Below, one piece after another: positions 18,229-26,598 of a stretch of DNA of 45,391 nt. The notes beneath the pieces were generated by a model. That model was not told the origin of the DNA and did not search any database. It worked only from the letters and a program-made list of their open reading frames with translations. The translations under genes and the position numbers were made by a program. The stretch is from Candidatus Woesearchaeota archaeon. GTDB lineage: Archaea; Nanobdellota; Nanobdellia; Pacearchaeales; GW2011-AR1. Within the stretch, counting starts at the first letter, position 1. Every line of letters starts with the position of its first letter. The stretch covers positions 1 through 45,391 of the forward strand of contig CAZAAB010000001.1 of the NCBI GenBank assembly GCA_964483015.1. The letters run 5' to 3'.

Positions 18229-18812
18229 TTTAACTTTTTAAAAATTTTTTCAAAACATCCAGCTTCTAATTTACAATCTTCTAACGCGTTATGGGGTTTT
18301 CCTTCAGTTATCTTGCCATTATTATTTTTTCTTCTTTCGTCTTTTACATTAAACATCTTTAAAATATCTGATAAACCCATACCATTTTTCCCGTCTTTAA
18401 TTTTAAATTTTCCATTTTTTATTTTGTAAAGTATCTGGGCAAGCGTAGACAATTCAAATCCCCTGTGCCCCAAAAACTTATCAAACTCATCTCTCAACCC
18501 ATATTTCAAACATTTAGTTTCTATAAACATGATATCAAAACCAATAGCCTGCCCGGCAATTATTCTTTTATCAACTTTTTCCAGCCATTTAAAAAATTCT
18601 TCTAATAATTCTTTTTGGCTTTGCTTGCCTTGTCTTAAATCTTCTTCTTTTTTTCCAACAATTTCTAAAGCTTCTTTCATAACCTCGTCTTCACCATCTA
18701 ATCTACATTCTTGCAGAAATTCTTCTCCTGTTTCGGTATTTATAGCCCCAATTTGCCAAATACCATTTTTGCTTATGTCTATTCCTGAAGTTTCAATATC
18801 TAAAACTATCAT
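18225..18812 (-). CDS. DEDDh-type 3'-5' exonuclease (DnaQ/RNase T-like) embedded between uL4 and uL23
   Basis: Exo I VLDIETSG, Exo II GQAIGFDIMF, Exo III HNALEDC; ATGA overlaps with the uL4 stop (18809-18812) and the uL23 start (18225-18228). Confidence 0.8.
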   Translation of the reverse strand: MIVLDIETSGIDISKNGIWQIGAINTETGEEFLQECRLDGEDEVMKEALEIVGKKEEDLRQGKQSQKELLEEFFKWLEKVDKRIIAGQAIGFDIMFIETKCLKYGLRDEFDKFLGHRGFELSTLAQILYKIKNGKFKIKDGKNGMGLSDILKMFNVKDERRKNNNGKITEGKPHNALEDCKLEAGCFEKIFKKLK

Positions 18813-19633
18813 TTTCCTTCCTTATTTGATTTATTTTTATCATTTTCCTTCCTGAACAATTTATTTAATTCTTTAACAGCTTTTTCAGTATAAATAGTTA
18901 AACGACCAAGAGGCCACAAATCTTCAATGTCAAGTTCAGCTGCTTTTTTTACATCAACTTTTTGAAATCTTGCATTTTCTTCACTACCTATAACTAACAA
19001 TAAACCCCGGGTTTTCTTATTTTTCCTGTTTCTTATCTTCCCCTTGCCGCTTCTTTTTTGTTTCTTTTTTATAACAACCTTATTAAGGTTGTTAAGAATT
19101 TTTTCTAATGCTTTGTAAAAGCCATTTGCCTTTAAATTCAAAATCTTGCTCTCTATAATTAGCGGCAAATCCAGATTAACTTCATTTATAGAAGAGTATC
19201 TTTTTTTAATTAAATTTTTTGTTATTGTTGCTGTCAATGCAGACCTTACAGCCTTTATTTTTTCTTTCTTGTTTATCTTTTTTCTTGCTTTTTTTGGTTT
19301 TGGAGGATGAGCTCTTCTCCCGCCTTTTGTTCCAGAAACACCAGCACCTTCCCAGTAAAATTGTGTACCTCTCCTCCAAAAAACTTTTCTTGGAACTCGC
19401 GAGATTCCCCTGCCATAATGGCTTCTAAATTTGTTTCTTGCATGCCTTGTTTTTCCTACTGCTGAAAATAACTTGCCAGAAAGATAATAAGGGCCATAAG
19501 GCTGTTTTTTCATCAGTTTTGAAACTTCATAATACTTTTGTGCTATATCTTCTCTAATCTGGCAAGAAAAACATTCAGGCAAATCTATTTTTCCTTTTTC
19601 CTTACCCTTAACATCCAAAATCTTTGCTTTCAT
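18809..19633 (-). CDS. rpl4: 50S ribosomal protein uL4
   Basis: GRGISRVPR and GGRRAHPPK motifs; follows uL3. Confidence 0.9.
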   Translation of the reverse strand: MKAKILDVKGKEKGKIDLPECFSCQIREDIAQKYYEVSKLMKKQPYGPYYLSGKLFSAVGKTRHARNKFRSHYGRGISRVPRKVFWRRGTQFYWEGAGVSGTKGGRRAHPPKPKKARKKINKKEKIKAVRSALTATITKNLIKKRYSSINEVNLDLPLIIESKILNLKANGFYKALEKILNNLNKVVIKKKQKRSGKGKIRNRKNKKTRGLLLVIGSEENARFQKVDVKKAAELDIEDLWPLGRLTIYTEKAVKELNKLFRKENDKNKSNKEGK

Positions 19634-20565
19634 TCTAACTTTATAAATTGATATTTTTGTTTAGTTTGTTTTTTTGACGGCCTTAAAGGCATTGTTAAAA
19701 GCAACGGCCTTTTTTTTGAGCCTTGCAAACTTCCCTTAATAACCATATACCCTGTTTTAATCTTGCCATAGCGTTTCCATTCTCCAAGCTTGTTTTCAGC
19801 TTTCCCCATTTTTAAAATATTGTTGTTGTATTGAATTCTTGTCTGCATGCCTGTTTGTCCAGCCATAGGAATTCTAAAAGTAACATGAGAAGGATGCCAA
19901 GGTCCTATACTTCCCACTTTTCTCCTGCCTTTTTCAGATTTATGATCCCTAAGCTTAATCCCAAATCTTTTTACAGGCCCTTGTATACCCTTGCCTTTTG
20001 TCAAACCTCTAATATCAACCAAATCATTTTCATTAAAATAATCAGAAGCAAGAATTTCCTTATTTAAGTTTTCTTTTACCCATTTTAGCTTTTCTTCCTT
20101 GCTTCCTGACAAACCAATTTCAGTTAAGTCAGGCTTCTTTTTTATACCTGTATTTTTAACTAAACTATAAGCAAGAATAGAAACATCATCATAATCTTTA
20201 ACTTTTTCTAAATCTTCTTTTTTTATTTTCTTTGGTAGTTTAACTTTCTTTTTCAGTTCTTTGTCACTACTAACAATAATATCTTGTTTAACCCTTCCAT
20301 TTTTATAAAATCTAACAGAAAAGATTTTCATTGGAGGAGTTTCAACAACAGTAGAAGCAAGAACAATATCCTTATTCTGACTTAATGAATTTTCTGTGTT
20401 ATCTTTAACAAAACAAGAAGCCATCCCAACTTTATAAGCAATAAACCCCAGCAATTTTTTATCAGAATTAATGACAGAATAGTTTACTCTAGGCAAAAAC
20501 TTTCTACTCCGTTTCCTTGGCCAGTACTGCAAAGAACCGGCTCTTGGTTTTGAATGCTTTGGCAT
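19630..20565 (-). CDS. rpl3: 50S ribosomal protein uL3
   Basis: MPKHSKPRAGSLQYWPRKR N-terminus; first gene of the cluster. Confidence 0.95.
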   Translation of the reverse strand: MPKHSKPRAGSLQYWPRKRSRKFLPRVNYSVINSDKKLLGFIAYKVGMASCFVKDNTENSLSQNKDIVLASTVVETPPMKIFSVRFYKNGRVKQDIIVSSDKELKKKVKLPKKIKKEDLEKVKDYDDVSILAYSLVKNTGIKKKPDLTEIGLSGSKEEKLKWVKENLNKEILASDYFNENDLVDIRGLTKGKGIQGPVKRFGIKLRDHKSEKGRRKVGSIGPWHPSHVTFRIPMAGQTGMQTRIQYNNNILKMGKAENKLGEWKRYGKIKTGYMVIKGSLQGSKKRPLLLTMPLRPSKKQTKQKYQFIKLE

Positions 20566-20809
20566 GTTTTACTTTTACTGAATTTAATGTAAGCTTTAAT
20601 TCTAGCTTTAGCTGAGATTCTAATTCAGGGATCATTTTAAATTATTATTTTAAACATAAGCAACTAACTTATATTCCTACACCGTATTATTTTCAAGAAA
20701 ATAAAGCTTTTTAAAGCTTTTTGTGTGTTATTGATCAATGCCTTTTCTGAGTTTAAACCCACCCAATATCAACAAGTTTTTTTAAAGCTCTTCTAAGAAT
20801 TTTTGCCAA

Positions 20810-21013
20810 TCAGGTTTCTGAATTTCTTAGCATGGCTCTTCCGTGATCAGTCAGGTTTGCCGTTCTAAATGGTCTTTTACTAATTACACACCCTCTTGAG
20901 TTAAAATAAATAGGATTACCTCTTAAATAACCTAAATCTTCTTCATCTACAATCCTACCGCCATCATACTTTTTCAACAAATCTATCCTAATATCTGTAG
21001 ATTCATAACTCAT
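20810..21013 (-). CDS. hypothetical 67-aa protein
   Basis: ORF with its own TATA-like box (21035-21042) 21 nt upstream. Confidence 0.45.
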   Translation of the reverse strand: MSYESTDIRIDLLKKYDGGRIVDEEDLGYLRGNPIYFNSRGCVISKRPFRTANLTDHGRAMLRNSET

Positions 21014-21034
21014 ATAGCCAGTATGAAATCTTGC

Positions 21035-21042
21035 TATTTAAA
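21035..21042 (-). promoter_or_regulatory. TATA-box-like TTTAAATA (minus strand), 21 nt before the ATG at 21013
   Basis: Box and spacing pattern. Confidence 0.4.
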
Positions 21043-21097
21043 TTTAATCATAATTGAGAATAATGAAAAACCTTAAAATCAATAAAGAACAATAATT

Positions 21098-21355
21098 TCA
21101 TTTACCAACTTCTTCTTCAAATTCAGGAAAATAACTATTTATTGTTTTTAAGTTAAATTCTTTTAAAATAGATTGATTAGATTCTCTCCTCAATAAAAAC
21201 TGAAATGCCTTTTTAATCAACTCTTCTCTTGAGATTTTCTTTTTAGTCAATTTTTCATAATAATCTTCATCTAATTCAACAAGATGTTCGGTTTTCTGTT
21301 TATTGTCAACGGTAACCTTAAACTTCTTGTCTGCTTTCTCTATTTGAATTTGCAT
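21098..21355 (-). CDS. hypothetical 85-aa protein
   Basis: ORF 2 nt downstream of the 240-aa ORF; no family assigned. Confidence 0.5.
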   Translation of the reverse strand: MQIQIEKADKKFKVTVDNKQKTEHLVELDEDYYEKLTKKKISREELIKKAFQFLLRRESNQSILKEFNLKTINSYFPEFEEEVGK

Positions 21356-21357
21356 TT

Positions 21358-22080
21358 TTAAATAATAAACTCTTTTTCTTTTTTCTTCTTTCTACCACCA
21401 ACATCAATTTTCCTTATAACTTTTCCCTGCCTTTTTGCCATCTCTCTAATCTGCTTAGGAGATTTTTCTTTCATCAACTCTTTTATATTTTCAGGATACT
21501 TTATATTGTTTACAATAATATCGTGACTAATACTAACCTCATTAAAACTACTAATATCAAACAACAAGTCTTTAACAAGCTCTTTATCTCTTGTCTTCAG
21601 TTTGCAAAACCCAGTTTTTTTCTTGCCTTTCTTCTTACCGGGCTTAGCACTTCTTGGACTTTTCTCTTTTATCTTTAAATCAAAATTAGGAGAAGAAAAC
21701 GACAAACCGTAAAAAACTCTTGGATTTTTTTCTATCAACTCTTGCAACTTGTTTTTACTTGTTTCAGTATCAATAACATATTTTATCATCCCCATATATT
21801 TTTTCTTATCTTTTAATGGAAACTTAATGTCTTCTTCAATATCATATGTAGAGATTATAATGCCTCTTATTCTTATTTTTTCGTCAACTTTATTCAGGCA
21901 TTTTTCAATAAGAAAATTAGAAAATTCAGCTGAGGTTGAAATTTTAAACTTGCCGTCTTTCTGCTTTTTTACTTCAATATTATATCTATCTTCAAAATTA
22001 CCTTTCCCAAACTTAACAAACTCGTCATGAACCTTATCATCAATCTTATTTTCAAAAACTTTTTTTATTGGATTTTCCAT
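21358..22080 (-). CDS. hypothetical 240-aa basic protein
   Basis: Long ORF with a leaderless-type TATA spacing; no family assigned. Confidence 0.55.
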   Translation of the reverse strand: MENPIKKVFENKIDDKVHDEFVKFGKGNFEDRYNIEVKKQKDGKFKISTSAEFSNFLIEKCLNKVDEKIRIRGIIISTYDIEEDIKFPLKDKKKYMGMIKYVIDTETSKNKLQELIEKNPRVFYGLSFSSPNFDLKIKEKSPRSAKPGKKKGKKKTGFCKLKTRDKELVKDLLFDISSFNEVSISHDIIVNNIKYPENIKELMKEKSPKQIREMAKRQGKVIRKIDVGGRKKKKEKEFII

Positions 22081-22103
22081 CTTCTAATTAAAAAAAGATT
22101 AAG

Positions 22104-22111
22104 TTTATAAA
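22104..22111. promoter_or_regulatory. single palindromic TTTATAAA box shared by divergent genes (23 nt from the 22080 start, 21 nt from the 22133 start)
   Basis: The 52-nt intergenic region is centred on the box. The flanks are nearly symmetric (AGATTAAG-TTTATAAA-TCTAATCT). Confidence 0.5.
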
Positions 22112-22132
22112 TCTAATCTCCTTTTTTCAAAC

Positions 22133-23161
22133 ATGAAAGAGGAAGTTAGTTTTAAAAAATTATCTGCCATTGCTTCTTTAGCAATACTTGGAATTTTAAC
22201 TTTAATAATACTTTGGCCAATTGCTTCAGCGATAGTCTCAGGTTTAGTAGTAGCATATGTTTTTAACCCAGTACATAAAAGAGTTTTAAGTGTGGTTAAA
22301 GAAAAAAATATTTCAGCCTTAATAATTATTTTGTTAGTCGTCTTATTAATCTGTGTACCTTTGTGGTTTCTCTTGCCAATAATAGTTAAACAGATTTTTG
22401 ACATATACTTATTTTTACAAAACGTAAATTTTCTTGATATTTTTAGAAGAATCTTCCCCTCTTTAAGCAGGACCGAATTTACAGTTGATTTTGCATCTTC
22501 TTTAAACAGTTTCATATCTGGAATAGCAAACAGAATATTTTCAAGTGTTTCAGATATCTTCTTAAATTTGCCAAATTTTATCTTAAAAGCAGCAGTAATG
22601 TTTTTTGTATTTTTCTTTGCAATGAGAGACTCTGAGTCGTTAATAAAATATGTAAAAACTTTATCACCTTTTTCAAAAAGAACAGAAGCAGATGTAATAA
22701 GGAAATTTAAAGGAATTACTAACAGTGTTCTTTATGGCTTTATAATCGTAGGCATTATCCAGGGTCTTTTAACAGGATTCGGCCTTTTTATTTTTCAGGT
22801 TCCCCAAGCATTACTTCTAACTTTACTTTCAATATTTGCGGCAATGATTCCAATTTTAGGTTCATGGGTAATCTGGGTTCCAGCAGTTCTTTACCTTCTT
22901 TTAACAGGACACATTTTGTTAGGATTCAGCCTTCTCGCTTATGGCTCTTTGCTTGTTTCATGGGTAGACAACATCATTAGGCCATACATAGTAGCTAAAA
23001 AAGTAAAAATTTCTTCAGCAATTGTTTTAATTGGAATGATAGGAGGCCTTATCATGTTTGGAATTCTTGGTTTTATTATAGGGCCATTAGTATTATCTTA
23101 CCTTCTTTTAATATTAGATGCTTACAGAAAAAATAAACTCCCAAGCTTGTTTTCGGGATAA
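22133..23161 (+). CDS. AI-2E family transporter (PerM/UPF0118-like permease)
   Basis: 342 aa, about 8 TM; C-terminal IGGLIMFGILGFIIGPLVLS pattern typical of the family. Confidence 0.7.
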   Translation: MKEEVSFKKLSAIASLAILGILTLIILWPIASAIVSGLVVAYVFNPVHKRVLSVVKEKNISALIIILLVVLLICVPLWFLLPIIVKQIFDIYLFLQNVNFLDIFRRIFPSLSRTEFTVDFASSLNSFISGIANRIFSSVSDIFLNLPNFILKAAVMFFVFFFAMRDSESLIKYVKTLSPFSKRTEADVIRKFKGITNSVLYGFIIVGIIQGLLTGFGLFIFQVPQALLLTLLSIFAAMIPILGSWVIWVPAVLYLLLTGHILLGFSLLAYGSLLVSWVDNIIRPYIVAKKVKISSAIVLIGMIGGLIMFGILGFIIGPLVLSYLLLILDAYRKNKLPSLFSG

Positions 23162-23214
23162 ATAAAAACATATAAAAACAACTTCTTGTTCTATTTTAAA
23201 AAGAGGAAATAATA

Positions 23215-24690
23215 ATGGCAAGGTTAAAGGTTAAGCTTTTAAAACTTAAGGCAGGAAAGCCAGTAGCAATTTTACATAAAAAGTTTGCAGAAAAATCAAC
23301 AATACATGTGGGTGAAAGAGTAATTATAAATGGTAACAAAAAAACAATCACAGCAATAATAGACACAGCTACAGGATTCCTTAATGAGAAAGAAGTAGTC
23401 CTTTCAAACGAGGTTGTAGAAAGGTTAAAAATAGATGAAGATGATTTTGTTGAAGTGAGTCAGGCCCCAAAACCTCGAACAATTTCTTTTATACATAAAA
23501 AATTAGAAGGAAAAAAGTTAGGCAAGGAAGAACTAAAAAAAATTATGTATGACATAGCCAATAACAATCTAACAGAAGCAGAAATTGCTTACTTTATAAC
23601 AGCGGTTTATAAAGAAGGGATGACAATGAAAGAGACAGCAGATATGACAAGAGCAATGGTTGAAACGGGAGAAAAGTTAAATTTAAGAGGAAAGATAGTT
23701 GACAAGCACAGCATAGGGGGAATTCCAGGAAGACTTACACCAATAATTGTTTCAATATGTTCAGCTGCGGGATTAAAAATGCCTAAAAATTCTTCAAGAG
23801 CAATTACTACAGCATCGGGAACAGCAGATGCAATGGAAACTATATGCAAGGTTGATTTCAAGCCAAAAGAAATTAAAAAAATTCTAAAAAAAACAAACGC
23901 AACATTAATTTGGGGGGGCAGTTTAAATTTAGCCCCGGTAGATGAGGAAATAATACGGGTAGAAAAAATACTTAATATTGACCCGGTTCCACAGCTTCTT
24001 TCAAGCATTTTAGCAAAAAAACTTGCAATTAACGCAAAGTATGTCTTAATCAACATACCTTATGGCAAAAATGCAAAAGTAACAAAAAAACAAGCTGGAA
24101 AATTAAAAAGAAAATTCAGTAAACTTGCCAAACATTTTAACATGCATATTAAATGTTTTTTAAACAATGTAAAAGAACCTTACGGAAATGGGATAGGCCC
24201 CGCATTAGAGATTAGAGATTCAATAAAAGTTTTGAAAAGGGAAAGTTCTTGCCACAATTTAGAAAAAAAAGCATTAATATTGTCAGGGAAGATTTTAGAG
24301 ATGACTGGGAAGGCAAAAAAAGGAAAAGGCAGAAAAAAAGCAAAAGAAATTCTTGATTCAGGAAGAGCATTTGAAAAATTCAAGCAGATTATTAAGGCCC
24401 AGAAAGGCAGCTTGAAAAATTTAAATAAAATTAAGCAGGCAAGGTTCAAGAAAATAATAAGAAGTGAAAAAAAAGGAAGGGTTAAAGAGATAAATATAAA
24501 AGAAATAAACAGTTTAGCAAGAATGGCTGGCTGCCCATTAGATAAATCAGCAGGCATTTATCTACATAAACATTTAAAAGATAAAGTTAAGAAGCAGGAA
24601 AAACTTTTAACAATCTATGCTAAGACAGAACAGGAATTAGAGCACGCAGTAAGATATTACAAAGAGGTTAAACCAGTAAGGATTAATTAA
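23215..24690 (+). CDS. deoA: AMP phosphorylase (archaeal thymidine-phosphorylase family)
   Basis: 491 aa with the extra N-terminal domain; DKHSIGGIPG motif; glycosyltransferase family 3 core. Confidence 0.8.
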   Translation: MARLKVKLLKLKAGKPVAILHKKFAEKSTIHVGERVIINGNKKTITAIIDTATGFLNEKEVVLSNEVVERLKIDEDDFVEVSQAPKPRTISFIHKKLEGKKLGKEELKKIMYDIANNNLTEAEIAYFITAVYKEGMTMKETADMTRAMVETGEKLNLRGKIVDKHSIGGIPGRLTPIIVSICSAAGLKMPKNSSRAITTASGTADAMETICKVDFKPKEIKKILKKTNATLIWGGSLNLAPVDEEIIRVEKILNIDPVPQLLSSILAKKLAINAKYVLINIPYGKNAKVTKKQAGKLKRKFSKLAKHFNMHIKCFLNNVKEPYGNGIGPALEIRDSIKVLKRESSCHNLEKKALILSGKILEMTGKAKKGKGRKKAKEILDSGRAFEKFKQIIKAQKGSLKNLNKIKQARFKKIIRSEKKGRVKEINIKEINSLARMAGCPLDKSAGIYLHKHLKDKVKKQEKLLTIYAKTEQELEHAVRYYKEVKPVRIN

Positions 24691-24762
24691 AGATTACAAG
24701 CATTTATTATTAGGATTAATTAAATCTTTCATCACTGATTAACAGCATTTTGAACAGAAAGA

Positions 24763-24770
24763 TTTATAAA
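24763..24770 (+). promoter_or_regulatory. TATA box TTTATAAA upstream of the surface glycoprotein gene (36 nt to the ATG; AGAGG Shine-Dalgarno-like element in between)
   Basis: Box identical to the window consensus. Confidence 0.4.
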
Positions 24771-24806
24771 GTATAAAATTGTAAAGTTAACAATAAAAGA
24801 GGCAAA

Positions 24807-25982
24807 ATGAATAACAAGAAGAATTTATTGATACCAACTTTAATAATTTCTATAGCCTTAACAGCATACATAGTTTTAGCAGCAACCCAATCTATACACA
24901 CGCCTGTAACAGGAGGAAATTATTCTGGAACTATAACATTTAATGTATCTACAAACACAACAAGATGTAATGCGTGTAGAAATGCTACGATATATTATAA
25001 TTCTTCTGGAGCAATTAATGTGAAAGATAAAGCTGTTTTAACAAATTTAACAACACTAACTAACAACACTGCAAATGATGTAAGTTTTAATGGTACAATA
25101 AGTGTAACAAGTTTAGGAGATTTGCCAACATATAGTTTTGCAGCATTATTAGACAACGGAACAAAGCAAAACTGGACAGGAGTTGTTTCAAGCATCACAA
25201 TAGATAACACTGGACCAAATGTATCTATAAATGCCCCTGTAAATAATCTTAACACAAGCAGTGAAAGTCTTGTTTTAAATGCAACTGTAAATGATTCTTT
25301 ATCAAGTGTTCAGGCAGTTTATTTTAATTTAACTAATTCTACAGGACAGCAGGCATTTACAAATGCCACAGAAATAGGGAAAAACTATAATGTCACTTTA
25401 AATACTTCTTCATACAAAGACGGCTCTTATGTATTTACCGTATATGCAAATGATTCATTAGGGAATTTAAATAAAACTGAAAATATTACAATAAACATAG
25501 ACTCTACAGTCCCTTCAATTACATTAACAAAGAAAGATTCAGGAAAACATTCTTTGTCAATTACTATATCTGTTTCAGACACAACCGGAGTTAATGGGTT
25601 ATGTACAACTGACAGATCAACAACAGTAACTGGAAGATCAACAACAACACAAACAACAAATGAATCTGGGTTAAGCTGTGGAAGCACATATGATTATACT
25701 GTAACCTGTACAGATTATGTTGGAAATAGTAATGCAGCAACAAGTTCATTCACAACTTCTTCATGTAGTGGTGGTGGGGGAGGAGGAACAACATCTTCAT
25801 ACTGGGGGATGACATATGCCCCAAATAAAGAACAGGTAAGTGAAGGATATGAGAAAACAATGAGAGAAAAGCAGAGAGTAAGAGTTTCAGTGAATAATAG
25901 GGAGCATTATGTAGGGGTTTTGGCTGTTTCAGAAAATACAGCAACAATAAATGTTTCAGTGACCCACAACAAGCGACATTAA
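24807..25982 (+). CDS. secreted cell-surface glycoprotein, N-terminal reading frame
   Basis: N-terminal signal/TM (LLIPTLIISIALTAYIVLA); more than 20 N-x-S/T sequons by eye; Thr/Ser-rich and Gly-rich linker; ends at a stop with an open -1 frame continuing. Confidence 0.7.
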   Translation: MNNKKNLLIPTLIISIALTAYIVLAATQSIHTPVTGGNYSGTITFNVSTNTTRCNACRNATIYYNSSGAINVKDKAVLTNLTTLTNNTANDVSFNGTISVTSLGDLPTYSFAALLDNGTKQNWTGVVSSITIDNTGPNVSINAPVNNLNTSSESLVLNATVNDSLSSVQAVYFNLTNSTGQQAFTNATEIGKNYNVTLNTSSYKDGSYVFTVYANDSLGNLNKTENITINIDSTVPSITLTKKDSGKHSLSITISVSDTTGVNGLCTTDRSTTVTGRSTTTQTTNESGLSCGSTYDYTVTCTDYVGNSNAATSSFTTSSCSGGGGGGTTSSYWGMTYAPNKEQVSEGYEKTMREKQRVRVSVNNREHYVGVLAVSENTATINVSVTHNKRH

Positions 25983-26254
25983 CAGCAGGACAAGAAGAAA
26001 AGTTTGAAGTTACAGATGATAATTATTATGATTTATTAGTTAAGTTAAACTCAATTGTTGACAGTGAAGCTAACTTAACAATTAAAAGCATACACGAAGA
26101 AATAACAGAACAAGAAGAAACAACAGAAGAAACAGAAGAAGCTGAAGCTGAAGAAGAAGCTGAAGAAGAAACAGGAAGCATGATATGGTTATGGGCATTA
26201 ATTGTAATTGTAATAGCAGTAGTAATTTATGTTCTGTATAAACAAAGACAATAG
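25961..26254 (+). CDS. C-terminal continuation of the same surface protein in the -1 frame (no start codon of its own)
   Basis: Hand translation DPQQATLTAGQEEKFEVTDDNYYDLLVKLNSIVDSEANLTIKSIHEEITEQEETTEETEEAEAEEEAEEETGSMIWLWALIVIVIAVVIYVLYKQRQ; acidic linker, TM anchor, then a basic tail. The frame is open from 25901. Confidence 0.6.
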   Translation, partial: DPQQATLTAGQEEKFEVTDDNYYDLLVKLNSIVDSEANLTIKSIHEEITEQEETTEETEEAEAEEEAEEETGSMIWLWALIVIVIAVVIYVLYKQRQ

Positions 26255-26297
26255 AAGATTTTTTAAACTTCTTTTTCCTTTGTAGTAAAAGAGGAAA

Positions 26298-26591
26298 ATG
26301 ACAGAAACTTATCTTCAGCAATTAATAAATTATGTAGAAAATAATATTTCTAAAGGATACACATTAGAAAGTTTAAAGTGGGCATTGATAGAACAAGGAT
26401 ATTCTCGTTCTTCAGTTAAGAAGGCTGTTAAAAAAGTAAATGAAAAACTTGCAAAAAAAGCACCAAAGCTTAAGGAAAAGCCAAGAATAAAGGTAGAAAA
26501 AGAGCCAATATTAAAAGAGATGGAAAAAAGCACATTTAAAAGCAAAATCAAAGATTTTTTTAGAAATTTAAAAGATATTATAACAAGCTAG
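26298..26591 (+). CDS. hypothetical 97-aa protein
   Basis: ORF with an AGAGGA Shine-Dalgarno-like element upstream; Lys-rich C-terminal half. Confidence 0.5.
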   Translation: MTETYLQQLINYVENNISKGYTLESLKWALIEQGYSRSSVKKAVKKVNEKLAKKAPKLKEKPRIKVEKEPILKEMEKSTFKSKIKDFFRNLKDIITS

Positions 26592-26598
26592 TTTTGAA

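Noticed and set aside
20566-20809. Promoter or leader of the ribosomal superoperon, or a small RNA, in the 244-nt gap upstream of uL3
   Set aside because: There is no TATA box at the consensus spacing and no convincing structure or ORF. I could not support a specific call.
22105-22515. 136-aa minus-strand ORF
   Set aside because: It overlaps the AI-2E permease gene in antisense. The permease has a coherent TM architecture and a promoter at the right spacing.
23607-24557. Minus-strand ORFs 23607-24056 and 24180-24557
   Set aside because: They lie antisense inside the AMP phosphorylase gene.
26082-26321. 79-aa minus-strand Leu-rich ORF
   Set aside because: It lies antisense to the Glu-rich linker of the surface-protein continuation (GAA/GAG read as TTC/CTC).
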